From assembly GCA_964016885.1 (NCBI GenBank), contig OZ024743.1:240746001-240810000 (forward strand): a DNA stretch of 64,000 nt, given 5' to 3'. The translations under genes and the position numbers were made by a program. Origin of the DNA: Eledone cirrhosa (lineage: Eukaryota). Position 1 is the first letter of the stretch. Every line of letters begins with the position of its first letter. This document shows positions 14,621 through 27,577 of the stretch, piece after piece. Below the pieces are notes generated by a model. The model was not told the DNA's origin. It saw only the letters and a program-made list of their open reading frames with translations, and searched no databases.

Positions 14621-15132
14621 TTCTTGGTGAGGAGGGTGACTTTGGACATCCTGCAGGACTAAAAACAAAACCTGTCAAAGGGCAAAGGAGCTCTTAAGAG
14701 TCAATGGCCATCCAAAATCACCGGGAGAAATGACCCCTTAGCCTTTGTCAAGGCAGAATTCTAGGAGAAGGAAAACTCTGATATAACACCTGCAACCCTG
14801 ATGGTATCCAATGATGTTGACTTGTTCTTCTTTTTGGTAAATATCATCTTGGTTAAGAGAGTGGGACTGGCTTTGTGCAGTGCCTTTGCTCACTATAAAA
14901 GCTTCACGGCACAGGCATTGCTTTATATCTGGAGATCTCTCTGCACTTGTCGTCACAGGGTACAATGGGCCCAGCACTATGTGTCAGTAATTGTCACAGG
15001 TGTAGTGTTTGTACCAGAGTTTTCAAGTCGCTGGCTGGACTAAAAAGTCACACTCGTTCAGCGCTTCGGTAGGGTTTCTCCTACATGGATATAAAGTAGT
15101 GGCCGTACTCGAAAACGAGTTGGCAGCCACCA

Positions 15133-15135
<3 letters not shown>
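14621..15135. repeat. ~510 bp dispersed repeat, near-identical copy at ~34451-34962
   Basis: Direct sequence identity, with the same spurious ORFs (14801/34631 and 14738/34568). Confidence 0.9.
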
Positions 15136-15185
<50 letters not shown>

Positions 15186-15189
<4 letters not shown>

Positions 15190-15245
15190 TCCTGAATTAG
15201 CCGTCGAAACGGCTTGAGCTCAGCTGTCGGGGTCTTACTGGTTCC
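15186..15245 (+). ncRNA. 3' half of hammerhead (family of 62795 HHR), between (TA)n tracts
   Basis: GAATTAGCCGTC-GAAA-CGGCT(TGAGCTC)AGCTG-TC-GGGGT; 5' core absent. Confidence 0.6.
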
Positions 15246-15279
15246 TATATATATATATATATATATGGTGGTGGCTGCC

Positions 15280-15534
15280 AACTCAAAAGTGACACAGAGG
15301 AGACTGAGGTTAGCTGGACATGCTCACCGACATCCAGAGTTGACATTGCACTCAGTGCTCCTTTGGGAGCCCCTACATGGACACACTAGAAGTGGAAGAC
15401 CAAGGTTAACGTATCTTAATGCCCTAATGACAGACACTGGTCTGTTGGCGACGCAGGACATGGCAGCGATAATGAGGGACAGAGACAGCTGGAGAGAACT
15501 CGTCCATGGATCTCGGGAATTTTACCCGCCTTAG
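15280..15534 (+). mobile_element. 3' fragment of RTE/RTE-X-like LINE
   Basis: QRRLRLAGHAHRH...LLWEP...GRPRLTY...MRDRDSWRELV, typical RTE C-terminus. Confidence 0.8.
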
Positions 15535-15694
15535 AATATATATATGTATGTATCTCTCTATCTATATATATATATACTTGGGGAGGGTCATATTTGTGTA
15601 ATACTATTGCCCAAGTATAACAATATTTGGTTCGACACACGATTTCATATAAAAAACCTCGAAAAACTAATATATATATATATATATATATATA

Positions 15695-16204
15695 AACATG
15701 AGAAGAAAGAAGAATACTGCGTGGTTTGTACATGGGTTACATATGATAAAAATAGTCCTTCGTCAGTGATTTTCCAACCATCATTCGTATTTCATCGCAT
15801 TAAAAATCAGATACCTCAGGTTGGTGCGAGCAATAATCTAAAAAAAGTTATTGGGACCAGTAATCTCGTAAAGCGAGGGGGACAAGTGAACAACATAGAA
15901 GGATAAAAACAAACCAAAGAAAGGAAATAAACAAGCAACATGGTAGTCCTGGTCAGCATAAGCTGGGTGGATTTCTTGGGCGAAAAGTATAGACGCCGAC
16001 CTGAGTGAGATATAAGCAAGAAGAGAGGCCCACTGTTAGCCAAGCGGGAGGAAGTGAGAAGGGAGAAACAGAGAGTGAGTGAGTGGAAGTGCGAGGAAGC
16101 GGTCAGTCGAGAGAAAGTGTAACTGACAGAAGGGGGCGAAAGAAGGTGAGAGAAACAGAGAGAGAGAGCGGGGAAGCAGTAAGAGAGAAACAGACAAACG
16201 CAGC

Positions 16205-16206
<2 letters not shown>
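15695..16206 (-). repeat. (TA)n-flanked repeat family with conserved CTGANGA motif (copies 19000-19410 on +, 50791-51468 on -)
   Basis: Shared GAAATA..ATGAT..ATCACTGAYGARGGACT and GCACC.A..GAGGTAT.TG blocks. Confidence 0.7.
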
Positions 16207-16268
<62 letters not shown>

Positions 16269-16274
<6 letters not shown>

Positions 16275-16796
16275 ACAAAACGTGTTTGCATTGTAACAGC
16301 AAAGTTAGCTATCAATCAAATAAACTAATTAAAGTGAATACAATTTGTCTGTCTCGATATAAGTCAATAAAGACAAGCTTATATTGGCAAAGGCCGTGAT
16401 TCTTGGACAAATTTAAATTTCAAAATCCAAACCCGCTCCGTAGATGAATTTGAACTTCGAAACCCAAATATGTTTCGCAACGATGGTACATGAATTGAAC
16501 GATAAGCACAGAAGATTTGGATATTTCACTTTTTATTTCAATTCCATTTCGATTCTCTTTATTTTTCAATTCATGTACCATCGTTGCGAAACATATTTGG
16601 GTTTCGAAGTTCAAATTCATCTACGGAGCGGGTTTGGATTTTGAAATTTAAATTTGTCCAGGAATCACGGCCTTTGCCAATATAAGCTTGTCTTTATTGA
16701 CTTATATCGAGACAGACAAATTGTATTCACTTTAATTAGTTTATTTCATTGATAGCTAACTTTTTCTGTTACAATGCAAACACGTTTTGTGTTTAT
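16269..16796. repeat. Long inverted repeat (~230 bp arms, ~65 bp spacer) next to a (TA)n tract
   Basis: 16269-16499 is the reverse complement of 16565-16796 with few mismatches; mirrored ORFs 16420- and 16444+. Confidence 0.9.
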
Positions 16797-17068
16797 CATA
16801 TATATTAATGTATTTAACTGCTCGGAAATGCCCCTTTCTTAGAGCTTATCAATTGTAAACGACTGAGAGTTTAATCTCAAAATATAATATAGTATATATA
16901 TATATATATATATTGTTATACTTTGGGAGGGTCATGTTGCCAATAAGAAACACACGCACCAGTTGCTTTCACTTCAATTTAATTTAATATATATTTATAA
17001 ATTTACAAATTTATAAATTTCTGGTTGGTTGGTTGGTTCCACAACCAGATAGTTGTTTATATATATAT

Positions 17069-17113
17069 AGTCATAGTTCTTTCGTCACACACTCTGTGAC
17101 CTCTTCAGTGACT
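17069..17113 (-). ncRNA. Type I hammerhead ribozyme (inverted copy)
   Basis: Reverse complement of 17235-17279. Confidence 0.78.
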
Positions 17114-17234
17114 GGGGATTTCTTTCTTCGTTTCTGTGCCTTTCCTTTCTTCTATCCTACGCCATTTTGTTTGTCAAACAAAATGGCGTAGGATAGAAGA
17201 AAGGAAAGGCACAGAAACGAAGAAAGAAATCCCC

Positions 17235-17279
17235 AGTCACTGAAGAGGTCACAGAGTGTGTGACGAAAGAACTATGACT
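17235..17279 (+). ncRNA. Type I hammerhead ribozyme
   Basis: AGTCA-CTGAAGA-G-GTCACA(GAGTG)TGTGAC-GAAA-GAAC-TA-TGACT. Confidence 0.8.
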
Positions 17280-17571
17280 ATATATATATAAACAACTATC
17301 TGGTTGTGGAACCAACCAACCAACCAGAAATTTATAAATTTGTAAATTTATAAATATATATTAAATTAAATTGAAGTGAAAGCAACTGGTGCGTGTGTTT
17401 CTTATTGGCAACATGACCCTCCCAAAGTATAACAATATCGGTTTCAACACACGATTTCAGATAAAGAATCTTGCTAAACAAATTCAGAAACGAAATATAT
17501 ATATATATATAGAATACTATTAGCTTCTCGCTAAAACAATTTCTATACCTTTCATTTATATATATATATAG

Positions 17572-18982
17572 GCCCCGCTGCAACACCTGTCCCCACATCA
17601 CCAACACCACCACCTTCCAGGGTCCCAACGGCCATTCTCTCTCTGTCCGGCATGCCTTCCGCTGCACCTCCTCCAACCTAGTGTACGGACTTCGCTGCAC
17701 ACAAGCACACGAACACACGCACCCACTTACACCACCCACCCCACACGCAACTAACATCACTAACACCCCCAACCCCACGCATACGTACCCACACACCCTC
17801 GTATACCACCAACTCTACACACCCTGCCACCACTAACCCCCACTCACACCTGCATTCAACCCTCCCCACCTCCCGTATACTAACACCCACTAACACCCCT
17901 TCATCAAACTACACACCAGTACACCACACTCCCTCCATAGAACTACACACACCCTTCTCTCCCCGCTCCACCCACACCCTCGCTCCACACTCACTCATCC
18001 CACTGACACCTCTACAAATATACACACACACACCCTCCTCACTCCAACTTTCACACCTACCCATCCTCGCCCCTTTACCATTCCACCGACTGCTGCTATG
18101 CCCTCTGACCACCTCCCAGCACAAACAGACACACAGCACTCCCTCTGCTTGACCACTTCCTGTTGCGCGAGCACCCCACATCTCTCCTCTTCCGACCATC
18201 GCTTCATGGAATACTCGTACGTAGAACTTGACCACCACAGAATCCACTAAACATCATCGGATTTTACCAACTTTTCAACCATCCTCTTACGTAATCACCT
18301 ATATAACTCACCCACACACACACGCCAACAAATTTTTTTTTCTCCACACGCCACCTACACCCACAACACGCTTAAACCCCACACACACGTGCTTTCCACC
18401 ACATATTTACACCCTCAGCCTCCTGATTCCTCTCTCCCACCCCTCTATCCACACACGCACAGACACTCCGACCTACAACCCCCACACACACCTCTTCCTG
18501 AACATGCAACCCCGTTCTTCCCCCAACCCTTACTTTCACATACACACACACACACGTACACCTACACACACACCACCTTCAGCCCTCCCCGCTCGGACAC
18601 CTCGTCTCCCTCTCCCACTCCACCCGCCACCACCCCTACACACCCCACACCCTTCCACCACCTGTTTTACCCCCCTTTTAATTTCAGTTTATTTTGATCA
18701 TGCTTTTATATTTAAATTTATTTCATTCCTTGTACTTTGATCATGCTTTATTTTTATTTTTATTTTTATTTTTAATTTCATTCGCACCGTTTCCTTTCGC
18801 TATATGTCTCTCCACCACTCCCCTACACACCCTTTGAACTCTGTTCCCACACACTTCTCACCTGAGGAAGGGCTTATGCCCGAAACGTCGTTCCCCACCA
18901 ACACCCCACTTTCCAGAGCGTGAAATTAATAAACATTCGTTGTACTGCCTCTCTGTTTTGTCCCTGTTCAAATTTTTCCATT
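17572..18982 (+). mobile_element. 5'-truncated Penelope-like element (Neptune-like): Zn-finger/GIY-YIG start, C/A-rich tail, minimal HHR
   Basis: 17573-17710 translates PRCNTCPHITNTTTFQGPNGHSLSVRHAFRCTSSNLVYGLRCTQ, like the PLE CxxC linker plus first GIY-YIG strand. Flanked by (TA)n. Confidence 0.75.
18859..18892 (+). ncRNA. Minimal type I hammerhead ribozyme
   Basis: AC-CTGAGGA-A-GGGC(TTAT)GCCC-GAAACGTC-GT. Palindromic ACGT stem III typical of PLE HHRs; stem I very short. Confidence 0.8.
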
Positions 18983-19404
18983 ATATATATATATATATTC
19001 TCTCTCTCGTCTACGATTTCACAGAACTTACGTTCACCGAATTCACAGACTAGATCCCTTCTTCCTCCGGTTAGACCTGTACGGAATTCCTTCCTTGCTC
19101 ACATTCCAACCAGGTTTGATGGTCTTTATTCTCTCTCGTTCACGATTTCACCGAACTTATATTCATGGAAATTTGGGACTTGACTCCTTCTTCCTCATTT
19201 TTCGTTGCTTCACCATCTTTGTTTGTTTACACTCTCGTGTCCCCTTTATTTACGTGTCCCAACGACTTTTTTTAGCCGTTGCTCGCACCAAGCGGAGGTA
19301 TATGGTCTTTAAAGCGATGAAATACCAATGATGGTTGGAAGATCACTGATGAAGGACTAACTTTATTCATATGTAACCCATTAGCAACCACGCAGCACGT
19401 TTAT

Positions 19405-19510
<106 letters not shown>

Positions 19511-19616
19511 GTGTGTGTGTATGTGTGTGTGTAAAAGGTGAACAGAAATAACAAAACAAACAGCACAGTACAAAGAAGAAATATATTAGTTTAACGCTTG
19601 AAATAGCAGGAAAAGA

Positions 19617-19653
19617 GACTTAATATTTCGGATACTAGTCATTCATCAGAAGT
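19617..19653 (-). ncRNA. Degenerate minimal hammerhead ribozyme
   Basis: Minus strand ACTT-CTGATGA-ATGACTAGTATCC-GAAATAT-TA-AAGT, stem II imperfect. Related 3' half at 29845-29866. Confidence 0.5.
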
Positions 19654-19929
19654 TATCAGAGTTAGGAATAGAAGATAAATTGTAAGAAAAGGGTGATAAG
19701 AGGAAAGAACGGGGAAAAACGAGGAAAATGGCGGAGAAAAAACACACATGCATATTCAGTCGGTCACACACACGCAGACACACATACCTCCCCCCACACA
19801 CACAGGCACACAGACACACAGACACCCACACACACATATATATATAAATGTATGAACATATGTACATATGTAAGTCAATTATTTGGCATTTAAAGGCGTG
19901 CATCTGCCACACTTCAAGCTGTTAAATAA

Positions 19930-20142
19930 TGGTTTCTTATATAGGCACAAGGCCAGCAATTTGGGAGGAGGGGTAAATCGATTAAATCGACCCCAGTGTG
20001 TGACTGGTACTTTATTTTACCGACCCCGTGAGGATGAAAGGTAAAGTTAACCTCGGCGGGATTTGAACTCAGATCATAAAGGGCCGTAACTATGCTGCAA
20101 AGCATGACATCCGACCCTCTACCGATACTGCCAATCCACCAT
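19930..20142 (-). mobile_element. Nin-domain tRNA-derived SINE
   Basis: Reverse complement of the SINE family at 10745. Confidence 0.8.
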
Positions 20143-20390
20143 CAAATTGTTTTACCTGCTGGTGTCCTCAGAGGTTCAAACAAAAGTAAAACTGCAGTCG
20201 TATACTAGCTGAAACCATTAGGCATGTCAATCCATGGATCGTTGGCCCCACAACAAGTATATATCATTGCTGACATAGAGCTGTCACTAGTGAGTGGCAG
20301 TAACGCTTGTTTGTAGTTGTACATCGATATTTGATGATAACCATCTGCTCCTTCAATTGTGTATCCTTTGGAAACGGTACACCCCAATCC

Positions 20391-20619
20391 TTAACCTTTT
20401 AACATTTACATTACTCTATATATACTATTGTATTTTCATGGTAAAGGCTTTACTTCACTTAATTATTTCACATAATATTGAATCTATGAGATTTTAATAT
20501 TATTTATATTGAGAACAATATCTTAACATCAGTATGAAGGAATGTTTATGGCTGGTTTGAACAGAAAGAGGTGAGAGAATTCTGGTCGAATATGACCGGT
20601 TTAAATGCTAAAGGGTTAA
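20391..20619. mobile_element. piggyBac-like MITE
   Basis: TTAA-CCTTTTAACATTTA ... TAAATGCTAAAGGG-TTAA imperfect terminal inverted repeats with TTAA flanks. Confidence 0.6.
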
Positions 20620-20892
20620 TGAACAGCTTTGGCCGCAGACAGGACATGTCAATATTTGGTTGGTGAAGCAAGCCTCCTTTCTCACTTCTCTTGGTAGTGT
20701 TGAGTGTGTACACTAGCAAACAACGTCATATTGAGGGGGGTAGTAACTTTAACGATGAATAAAGGACAAAAGGAACAAATAACTTCCCAACCACTTCTTT
20801 CATTTCCATCACACTCTTCTTCTTCTTCTTCTTCTTCTTCTTCTTCTTCTTCTTCTTCTTCTTCTTCTTCTTCTTCTTCTTCTTCTTCTTCA

Positions 20893-21142
20893 CGTACTGG
20901 GGTCGATTTAATCAACTTCCCACCCCCCAAAATTGCTGGCCTTGTGCCTATATAAGAAACAATTATTATTATCATTATATGGTCGGACGGCATGCTTTGA
21001 CGTATGGAGTTACGGCCCTTGCCATTCGGAGTTCAAATCCCGCCGAGGTTAACTTTGCCTTTCATCCTTACGGGGTCGATAAAATAAAGTACCAGTAATG
21101 CACTGGGTAATTGCTGGCCTTGTGCCAAAAGTAGAAACAATT
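20893..21142 (+). mobile_element. Nin-domain SINE fragments (3' tail plus near full copy)
   Basis: Same SINE core and tail as other copies. Confidence 0.75.
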
Positions 21143-21199
21143 ATCATTATTATTATTGTTCTTTGAGTCTCAGTCATTGATGTTATTTAACTGGAAAGT

Positions 21200-22156
21200 T
21201 TGTTGAAATGAATATCAAGCCGCTACCTGCAGCCTCAGATATTCAGGACGTATCGAGGGTTCTTGCTGTTCCCAGCAAGCATGCCTTTTAAAGTGTTCCA
21301 AAAAGCGGGGCTGGACAAATCTTCTTTAATCATCCTTGGAAACTCTTTAAGATAGTACCTAGTGCGCCTATGACAATCGGGACGACCTTGATTTCATGGC
21401 AGTTCCAAATCCTTTTTACCTCCCACTTTAAGTCCTGGTATCGGTTAATTTTCTCCCTCTCCTTTTCTTGCACTCTCGTGTCAAATGGGCAGGCTACATC
21501 TACAATCAAGCACGATGTTTTTTCCTTGTCCAAAACCACCAGGTCAGGCCTATTGTGTTCCAGTTTCTTATCCGTCTGTATCCTAAAATCCCATAGCACG
21601 TTCACCTGATCGTTTCTATCAGCGACTCTGGCTTACGTATGTTCATACCACTTCTCAGAATGTGGTAAATTGTTTACTTTGCATAGATGCAAGTGGATCA
21701 CCCTGCCTATCACATCATGTCTCCAGCCTTTATAGTGAGCCTGGGCTGGGTGTTTACACTCGGATACAATGTGAGCCACAGTCTCCCCTCTCTCTCCACA
21801 GATCCTACACAGTGAGCTAGCTTCCTCCTTGTTAATATGGTGTTTCACCCACTTCGTTCTGAGCGCTTGCTCTTGCGCAGCCACTGGCATTTCTTCTGTA
21901 GCTTTTTAAAGTTCTCCTCTTTTTAACCAGTTCCATGTCTGTGGATCTCTAAATTCCGTTTTCTTAAAGAAGGTACTATGAACGGAATCTAAATAGTAGG
22001 AAAATCATAAGTGCAGTAAATACCCGAGCTGTGTCTATTATTAGGTACAGTGCGGGAATTCTGAAATGGAATGTTGTTGAACAAAAAGAAATGGATAGGA
22101 AGACTAGGAAGCTATTGACTATCTACATGTTCCACAAGAGGAGTAATGTCGATAGA
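21200..22156 (-). mobile_element. 5'-truncated R4/Dong-like LINE with 5' inversion, in (TAT)n target
   Basis: Minus strand AAQEQALRT, CRICGERGETVAHIVSEC (CCHC), WDFRIQTD..NRPDLVVLD...IVDVACPFD (RLE). About 21985-22156 encodes the upstream RT thumb (IIRYSAGILKW..MDRKTRKLL) on the opposite strand. Confidence 0.88.
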
Positions 22157-22208
<52 letters not shown>

Positions 22209-23420
22209 TATCTCCTTCCTCCTTAGACTAAACACTCGACTCATCCGAAGCTAAGCTTCCACTCTACAGTGTCTGTCTTTATAAGCAACTTAAGACTGAT
22301 AAAGTATGTTAAACCAACGGATTTGGGGATAATGGCAGGCTAGAGTAGTTGGATTAAGAGATGGTTTGGGTACTTGTCTCTTATATTTTTTGTGGGTTTT
22401 ATATGCCTGTGTAAGTATCTGTATTTTTTACGTAGATTTGCCTTTGTAAAAAAATAACAACTATTTATTTAACACACACTCACACACACAGAAACACAGA
22501 CACATATACACAGACACACACACAGACACACAGAGACACGCACTCAAAGGTGGAACAGAAATAAGTATCAAAACGTCTATAATTTCTGTTTGATCTGCTT
22601 GTCTATTCGTAATTTCTGTTATCCATCAATGGGTTATTATATTTACCCCACCTCTACACACCTTTTTTCTTACCATAGACCGAAGACTAAGAATAAACGT
22701 ATAAGTTCTTTTTTTATCATATACTGATGAGATTCAAACATCAAACGTTTTATATTTTCCACTTGGCTATTCATAGCCCCATCTATCAATATTTATTAGC
22801 TATCTCACATAAAACTTATGTAGATAGAAGAATAGGTTATCGGCCATTACACCGTTGCCAATTCTTAACCTTTCAGAAGACCGTGAAATTGTAAATTTAA
22901 AGTAAACTGGTGACAGAAGAGCGGATCGAATCCTTACGAAGAAGTTACCTCACCGAGAACTTACCTTACACAACCGGTTGCCACAAAATGAATAACTCTC
23001 TATCTGTTTCGACCAGGAATGTTTTAGTTGTTGTAAGTACTCTTAAAGTATTTCTCTGAGAAATTCAAATTGATGTAGTATGAAAAAAGTTGGTCCTTTG
23101 AATAGCAGGTACAGTTAGAGGTGTGAGTAGAATTTGTGTCACTAAGGGCTGTCGTTGATTTGTTCCATCCACTATGAGAAACAATGCAGTAGATCAATGC
23201 TGTTACATGATCCGTTTTGTTATGGTCGTACTCCTGTCTTACGGTTGTAGTGTTCAGAGTTTAGATGTGTCTTTGCACATATAAGCCCGCATATCTGATG
23301 AGATGTCGAAAACGAATCAGGCCCCATCACTTTGATTGTATCTTGAGGTGATCGATATCGAAACAATTGAAATATGCAAATAAAATGTGTACCTATGCTG
23401 CAACACTGACTTCGACTCTT

Positions 23421-23565
<145 letters not shown>

Positions 23566-24461
23566 TTAAGACAGGGGGGAAGAAAAAAATGGCTTCACTT
23601 GTGCTTTCAACAAATTTATTTTCTTCACAAAATCCAAAAAGAATTTTTTTCCGGATTAGAAAAAATTTTCTTAAAAAAATTTATTTTATTTTTTTTTTTT
23701 ATAAATTAAGTTGTTGGTTGTTGGTTAGGTCTTAGGAGTTCTTGGTTAACGTAGGAGGTATTGTTTCGTTTTTAGAAAGACCTTTCACGCTGAGGTGCGC
23801 TTGTCAAACTGATGTGTATGTGGTGTGTTGTTCTATATATAGGGATTTAACATGTTTGTGGTGTGGTGAGGGTTTTTTCTTCCCCTTTAATAAGTGTAGG
23901 GGTGTAGGTGTGTTGAAAAAATGTTAATAGCAGTAATAATGTTAATAGCAGATATAAAGAAGAATTCTTCATTGAACAATTTAAACCACTACTGAACACG
24001 AAAAAATGAATTAACACTCGGAGGTAAAATTCCATTTCACTACCCCCCCCCTCTTCTTATGTGTACACATGAATATCTGAGTGAACGGTGAGACACACAC
24101 ATATATGTGTGTAGGTATGTATGGATGTATGTACGTGTGGGTATATATGTATGTGGGTGTGTGTATGTGTGTGTGTATATATATGTATGGATGTGTGTAT
24201 GTTTGTATGTGTGTGTGTATATATATATATATATATGTATGTGTGTATGTGTGTATGTGTGTGTATGTGTATATGTATGTATGTGTATATTTGTATATAT
24301 ATATATGTATATATATATATATGTATATATAGATATATGTTTATATGTGTGTGTATGTATATGTATGTATCTATATATGTGTGTGTATGTATGTGCATAT
24401 ATGTATGTATGTGTGTACATATATGTATGTTTCTGTATGTGTATATGTATGTATGTATGTA

Positions 24462-24530
<69 letters not shown>

Positions 24531-24626
24531 TAAAATAACAGATTAAAGTTTAAGCAAAGAATCGCTGCTTTCACCCTTAACGGGATCTTCTGAAATATAT
24601 ATATGCATGTGTGTATGTGCCTCTCT

Positions 24627-24668
<42 letters not shown>

Positions 24669-25648
24669 GTGTGTGTGTGTGTATGTGTGTGTGTGTATGC
24701 ATGTATGTGTGAACGGATGTATATATACGGACATATGTATATATATGTGTGTGTGTGTGTACACGTGTGTGTGTGTGTATGTGTGTGTGTATGTGTATAT
24801 ATGTATATTTAGTTATGTATCTTTATGTGTGTATATGTATGTATATGTATGTATGTATATATATATACCCATGTGGAGGTATGAGTACATATTCGTGTGT
24901 GTACGTATGTGTATATGTGTTTTTATATGTGTCTTTATATGTTTTTTTGTGTATGTATGTGGATGTATATGTACATGGGTGTGTCATTGATGGTGTGTGC
25001 CTATATATTCCTACATATGCCCGTATGTATATGTACGTATATACGCACATATGTGTGTGTTGAACAAAGGACTAATTTTGGGATGGACGTAGAAAAATTC
25101 TTCAGAAAAAAATAATTGTTTACAAGCTTGGCAGGTGCGGTTTGCCTATGACCATTCTCAACACAAAGGAATACTAAAAGCTTTTTCCCCTGAATAAAGG
25201 AATTTTTCGAGAATGACCGGGGCAGGCCGCACTTGTTACATTTCTCCCCACCCAACCCTACTCACTGTCTCAATTCATTACTGCTATTAACATTTTTTCA
25301 ACACACCTACACCCCTACACTTATTAAAGGGGGAGAAACCCCCCCCCCCCCATCACACCACAAGCATATTAAATCCCTATATATAGAACAACACACCACA
25401 TACACATCAGTTTGACAAGCGCACCTCAGCTGAAAGGTCTTTCTAAAAACGAAACAATACCTCCTACGTTAACCAAGAACTCCTAAGACCTAACCAACAA
25501 CCAACAACTTAATTTATATATAAAAAAAAAAAATTTTTTTAAGAAAATTTTTTTAGAATCCGGAAAAAAATTCTTTTGGGATTTTGTGAAGAAAATAAAT
25601 TTGTTGAAAGCACAAGTGAAGCCATTTTTTTCTTCCCCCCTGTCTTAA
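23566..25648 (+). mobile_element. 5'-truncated Penelope-like element with inverted pLTR fragment
   Basis: 23566-23936 is the reverse complement of ~25277-25648. 23944-24009 translates NSRYKEEFFIEQFKPLLNTKK*, matching the GIY-YIG C-terminal E..FI..FKP.LN motif. Microsatellite-like UTR; (TA)n 5' flank. Confidence 0.75.
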
Positions 25649-26061
25649 TATACCTAACTGTACCAAGGATTACACACATTTTCCAATATATATATATATA
25701 TATACATACACACGCATATATATATATCTCCATTTCTCTTGACTTTTGAAAATCATGAAACGTGTAATCTTATAAGTTATTGTAAATGAACCTTCTTAAT
25801 GACTCCAATTGCTTTTTAAACGCCTTTTCCTATATTTTTATCCGTACACGCACACACACACACACGATATATATATATATATATGTGTGCGTGCGTGTGT
25901 GTGTATATTGACATATAGTTGAGATGTTACTACTTAAGGAAGATATTCTTCTTGGTATTCTTTTCTTCTACCGCTTTTGTCATTTCATTTGCTATCGAAA
26001 CGGTATAAGATGAAACGTAGGACAAAGAATCACTATAGCACGCATAGAGAGAGAGAGTGGG

Positions 26062-26092
<31 letters not shown>

Positions 26093-26103
26093 GAGAGAGA
26101 GAG

Positions 26104-26167
<64 letters not shown>

Positions 26168-26843
26168 CTCGTCATCAATATTTACACATACAATAAAGGG
26201 ATGCATATAGAGTATATACAGAGTAGGTGATAAGAGTGTGTGTGTGAGCGAGAGAGAGAGAGAGAGAGAGAGAAAGCTCGTCATCAAAACCTTATATCAC
26301 AAAACAATGTTTACATGAACTACAGTACAACGCATGGGTTATTGCTCATCATCGGAACTCGGAGCTCTATCACCACTGTAGCTTATAAAAAAACTTTATA
26401 GTAAAGGGGATAGAATTTTAACAACTGTATACATCTTCTCTATGACCTATAAATTGGACAAGAGCTTCCTACCGTTGACTATTACTATAATTGGAACAAT
26501 CCCGTACGGCTTTAAATAACATCGTATACAAACATTTCTTGTCATTTTCACTTTTATTTTTTACAATGCAATAAATCTTGTTATTTCAGTCCACATGTCC
26601 ATCCTGTATATTGTTCACAAATGCCATCTAATAAAAAAGATGTCTGTGTGTTAAAATCTCGCTAGTGATAAAATCGTATTTTTTTTAAGCTACATCGTGT
26701 CACAAGAGCTGTACATCGGAAATTGCCTTCAGTCAAATTACAGTTTAACAAACGATAAAAATATTTTCTTAAAACATATACTCAAAGACAGGACGAAGGT
26801 TACTTTATACGAAGTAACTGATAAGATTGACTAAATGTATATA

Positions 26844-26945
26844 CAGGGTGTCCCAAAAAATGTATCCACACTTCAACAACATTCTAATAAATATTGCCTG
26901 TCCAGGTAATCAAAGTATGTGAACATTTTTTGTTGGTACTCCCTG
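26844..26945. mobile_element. Tc1/mariner-type MITE remnant
   Basis: TA-CAGGGTGTCCCAAAAAATGT ... ACATTTTTTGTTGGTACTCCCTG imperfect TIRs. Confidence 0.6.
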
Positions 26946-26971
26946 TGTATATATATATATATATATATATA

Positions 26972-27150
26972 AATGTTTAACCCCGACGGCAGAGCTCAAG
27001 CCGTCGAAACGGCTATTTCTAGACGTCGATACGGCTTGAGGTCTGCCGTCGGGATTAAACATTTTCCTATTACCCACTCTACTACCTTAAGTATTGAGTA
27101 CTCTGGTGCGTTATAGTCCATCTGGTTCCTTCCCACACTTCCTTCGTTAT
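26972..27150 (+). repeat. Foldback element with HHR 3' half (family of 62795), related to 48243-48385
   Basis: AATGTTTAACCCCGACGGCAGAGCTCAAGCCGT ... ACGGCTTGAGGTCTGCCGTCGGGATTAAACATT. The following tail TTACCCACTCTACTACC.. is found inverted at 48243-48325. Confidence 0.7.
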
Positions 27151-27277
27151 ATATATATATATATTAATATCAAAACTCTACTAAGGTAGTGACTACTTTT
27201 TACTTTCAACTGTCTACCATATGTGTGTATGTATATATATATAATACACACATATGGTAGGCAGCTGAAAGAAAAAA

Positions 27278-27317
<40 letters not shown>

Positions 27318-27495
27318 TCTACTTGGCTGCTATTTTTTTAGTAGTAATTGTAGACAGCAAGTCTTTGATTTTCCCGCTTTTACTTCGGTCCAGTTTACAT
27401 ACGGGTCACTTTTACGACCTTTCAGACCTTTATTAGCTGGCAGGAGGTTGTATATTTTGTCGTTCCTGGGACGTTTAGCCCTAGGAAGGGAAAAT

Positions 27496-27577
27496 GCTTC
27501 TCTGAGGAGCTTTGGTTTTCCATCATAAATCCATCGGATTTATGAGGTTTTATAGAGCGAAACTGATCAGTAAGGGC
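27496..27577 (+). ncRNA. Type I hammerhead ribozyme (copy 1)
   Basis: GCTTCT-CTGAGGA-GCTTTG..TCATAAATCC(ATC)GGATTTATGA..TAGAGC-GAAA-CTGATCAG-TA-AGGGC. Confidence 0.85.

Larger units (their letters stand above)
16911..17438. repeat. Near-perfect palindrome (~260 bp arms, centre ~17174) carrying one HHR per arm
   Basis: Arms are reverse complements around TTTGTTTGTCAAACAAAA. Confidence 0.92.

Noticed and set aside
14738-15043. Duplicated 79-80 aa ORFs (also 34568-34873) as genes
   Set aside because: They lie within a dispersed repeat, overlap on both strands and show no recognisable protein similarity.
22718-22757. ATATA-CTGATGA-GAT..ATC-AAACGTT-TTATAT hammerhead-like motif
   Set aside because: Lacks the G of GAAA and the stems are short and AT-only; may be chance or decayed.
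25420-25480. CTGAAAG...GAAACAATA as the HHR of the truncated PLE
   Set aside because: Core is non-canonical, differs in the inverted copy, and has no stem I pairing.
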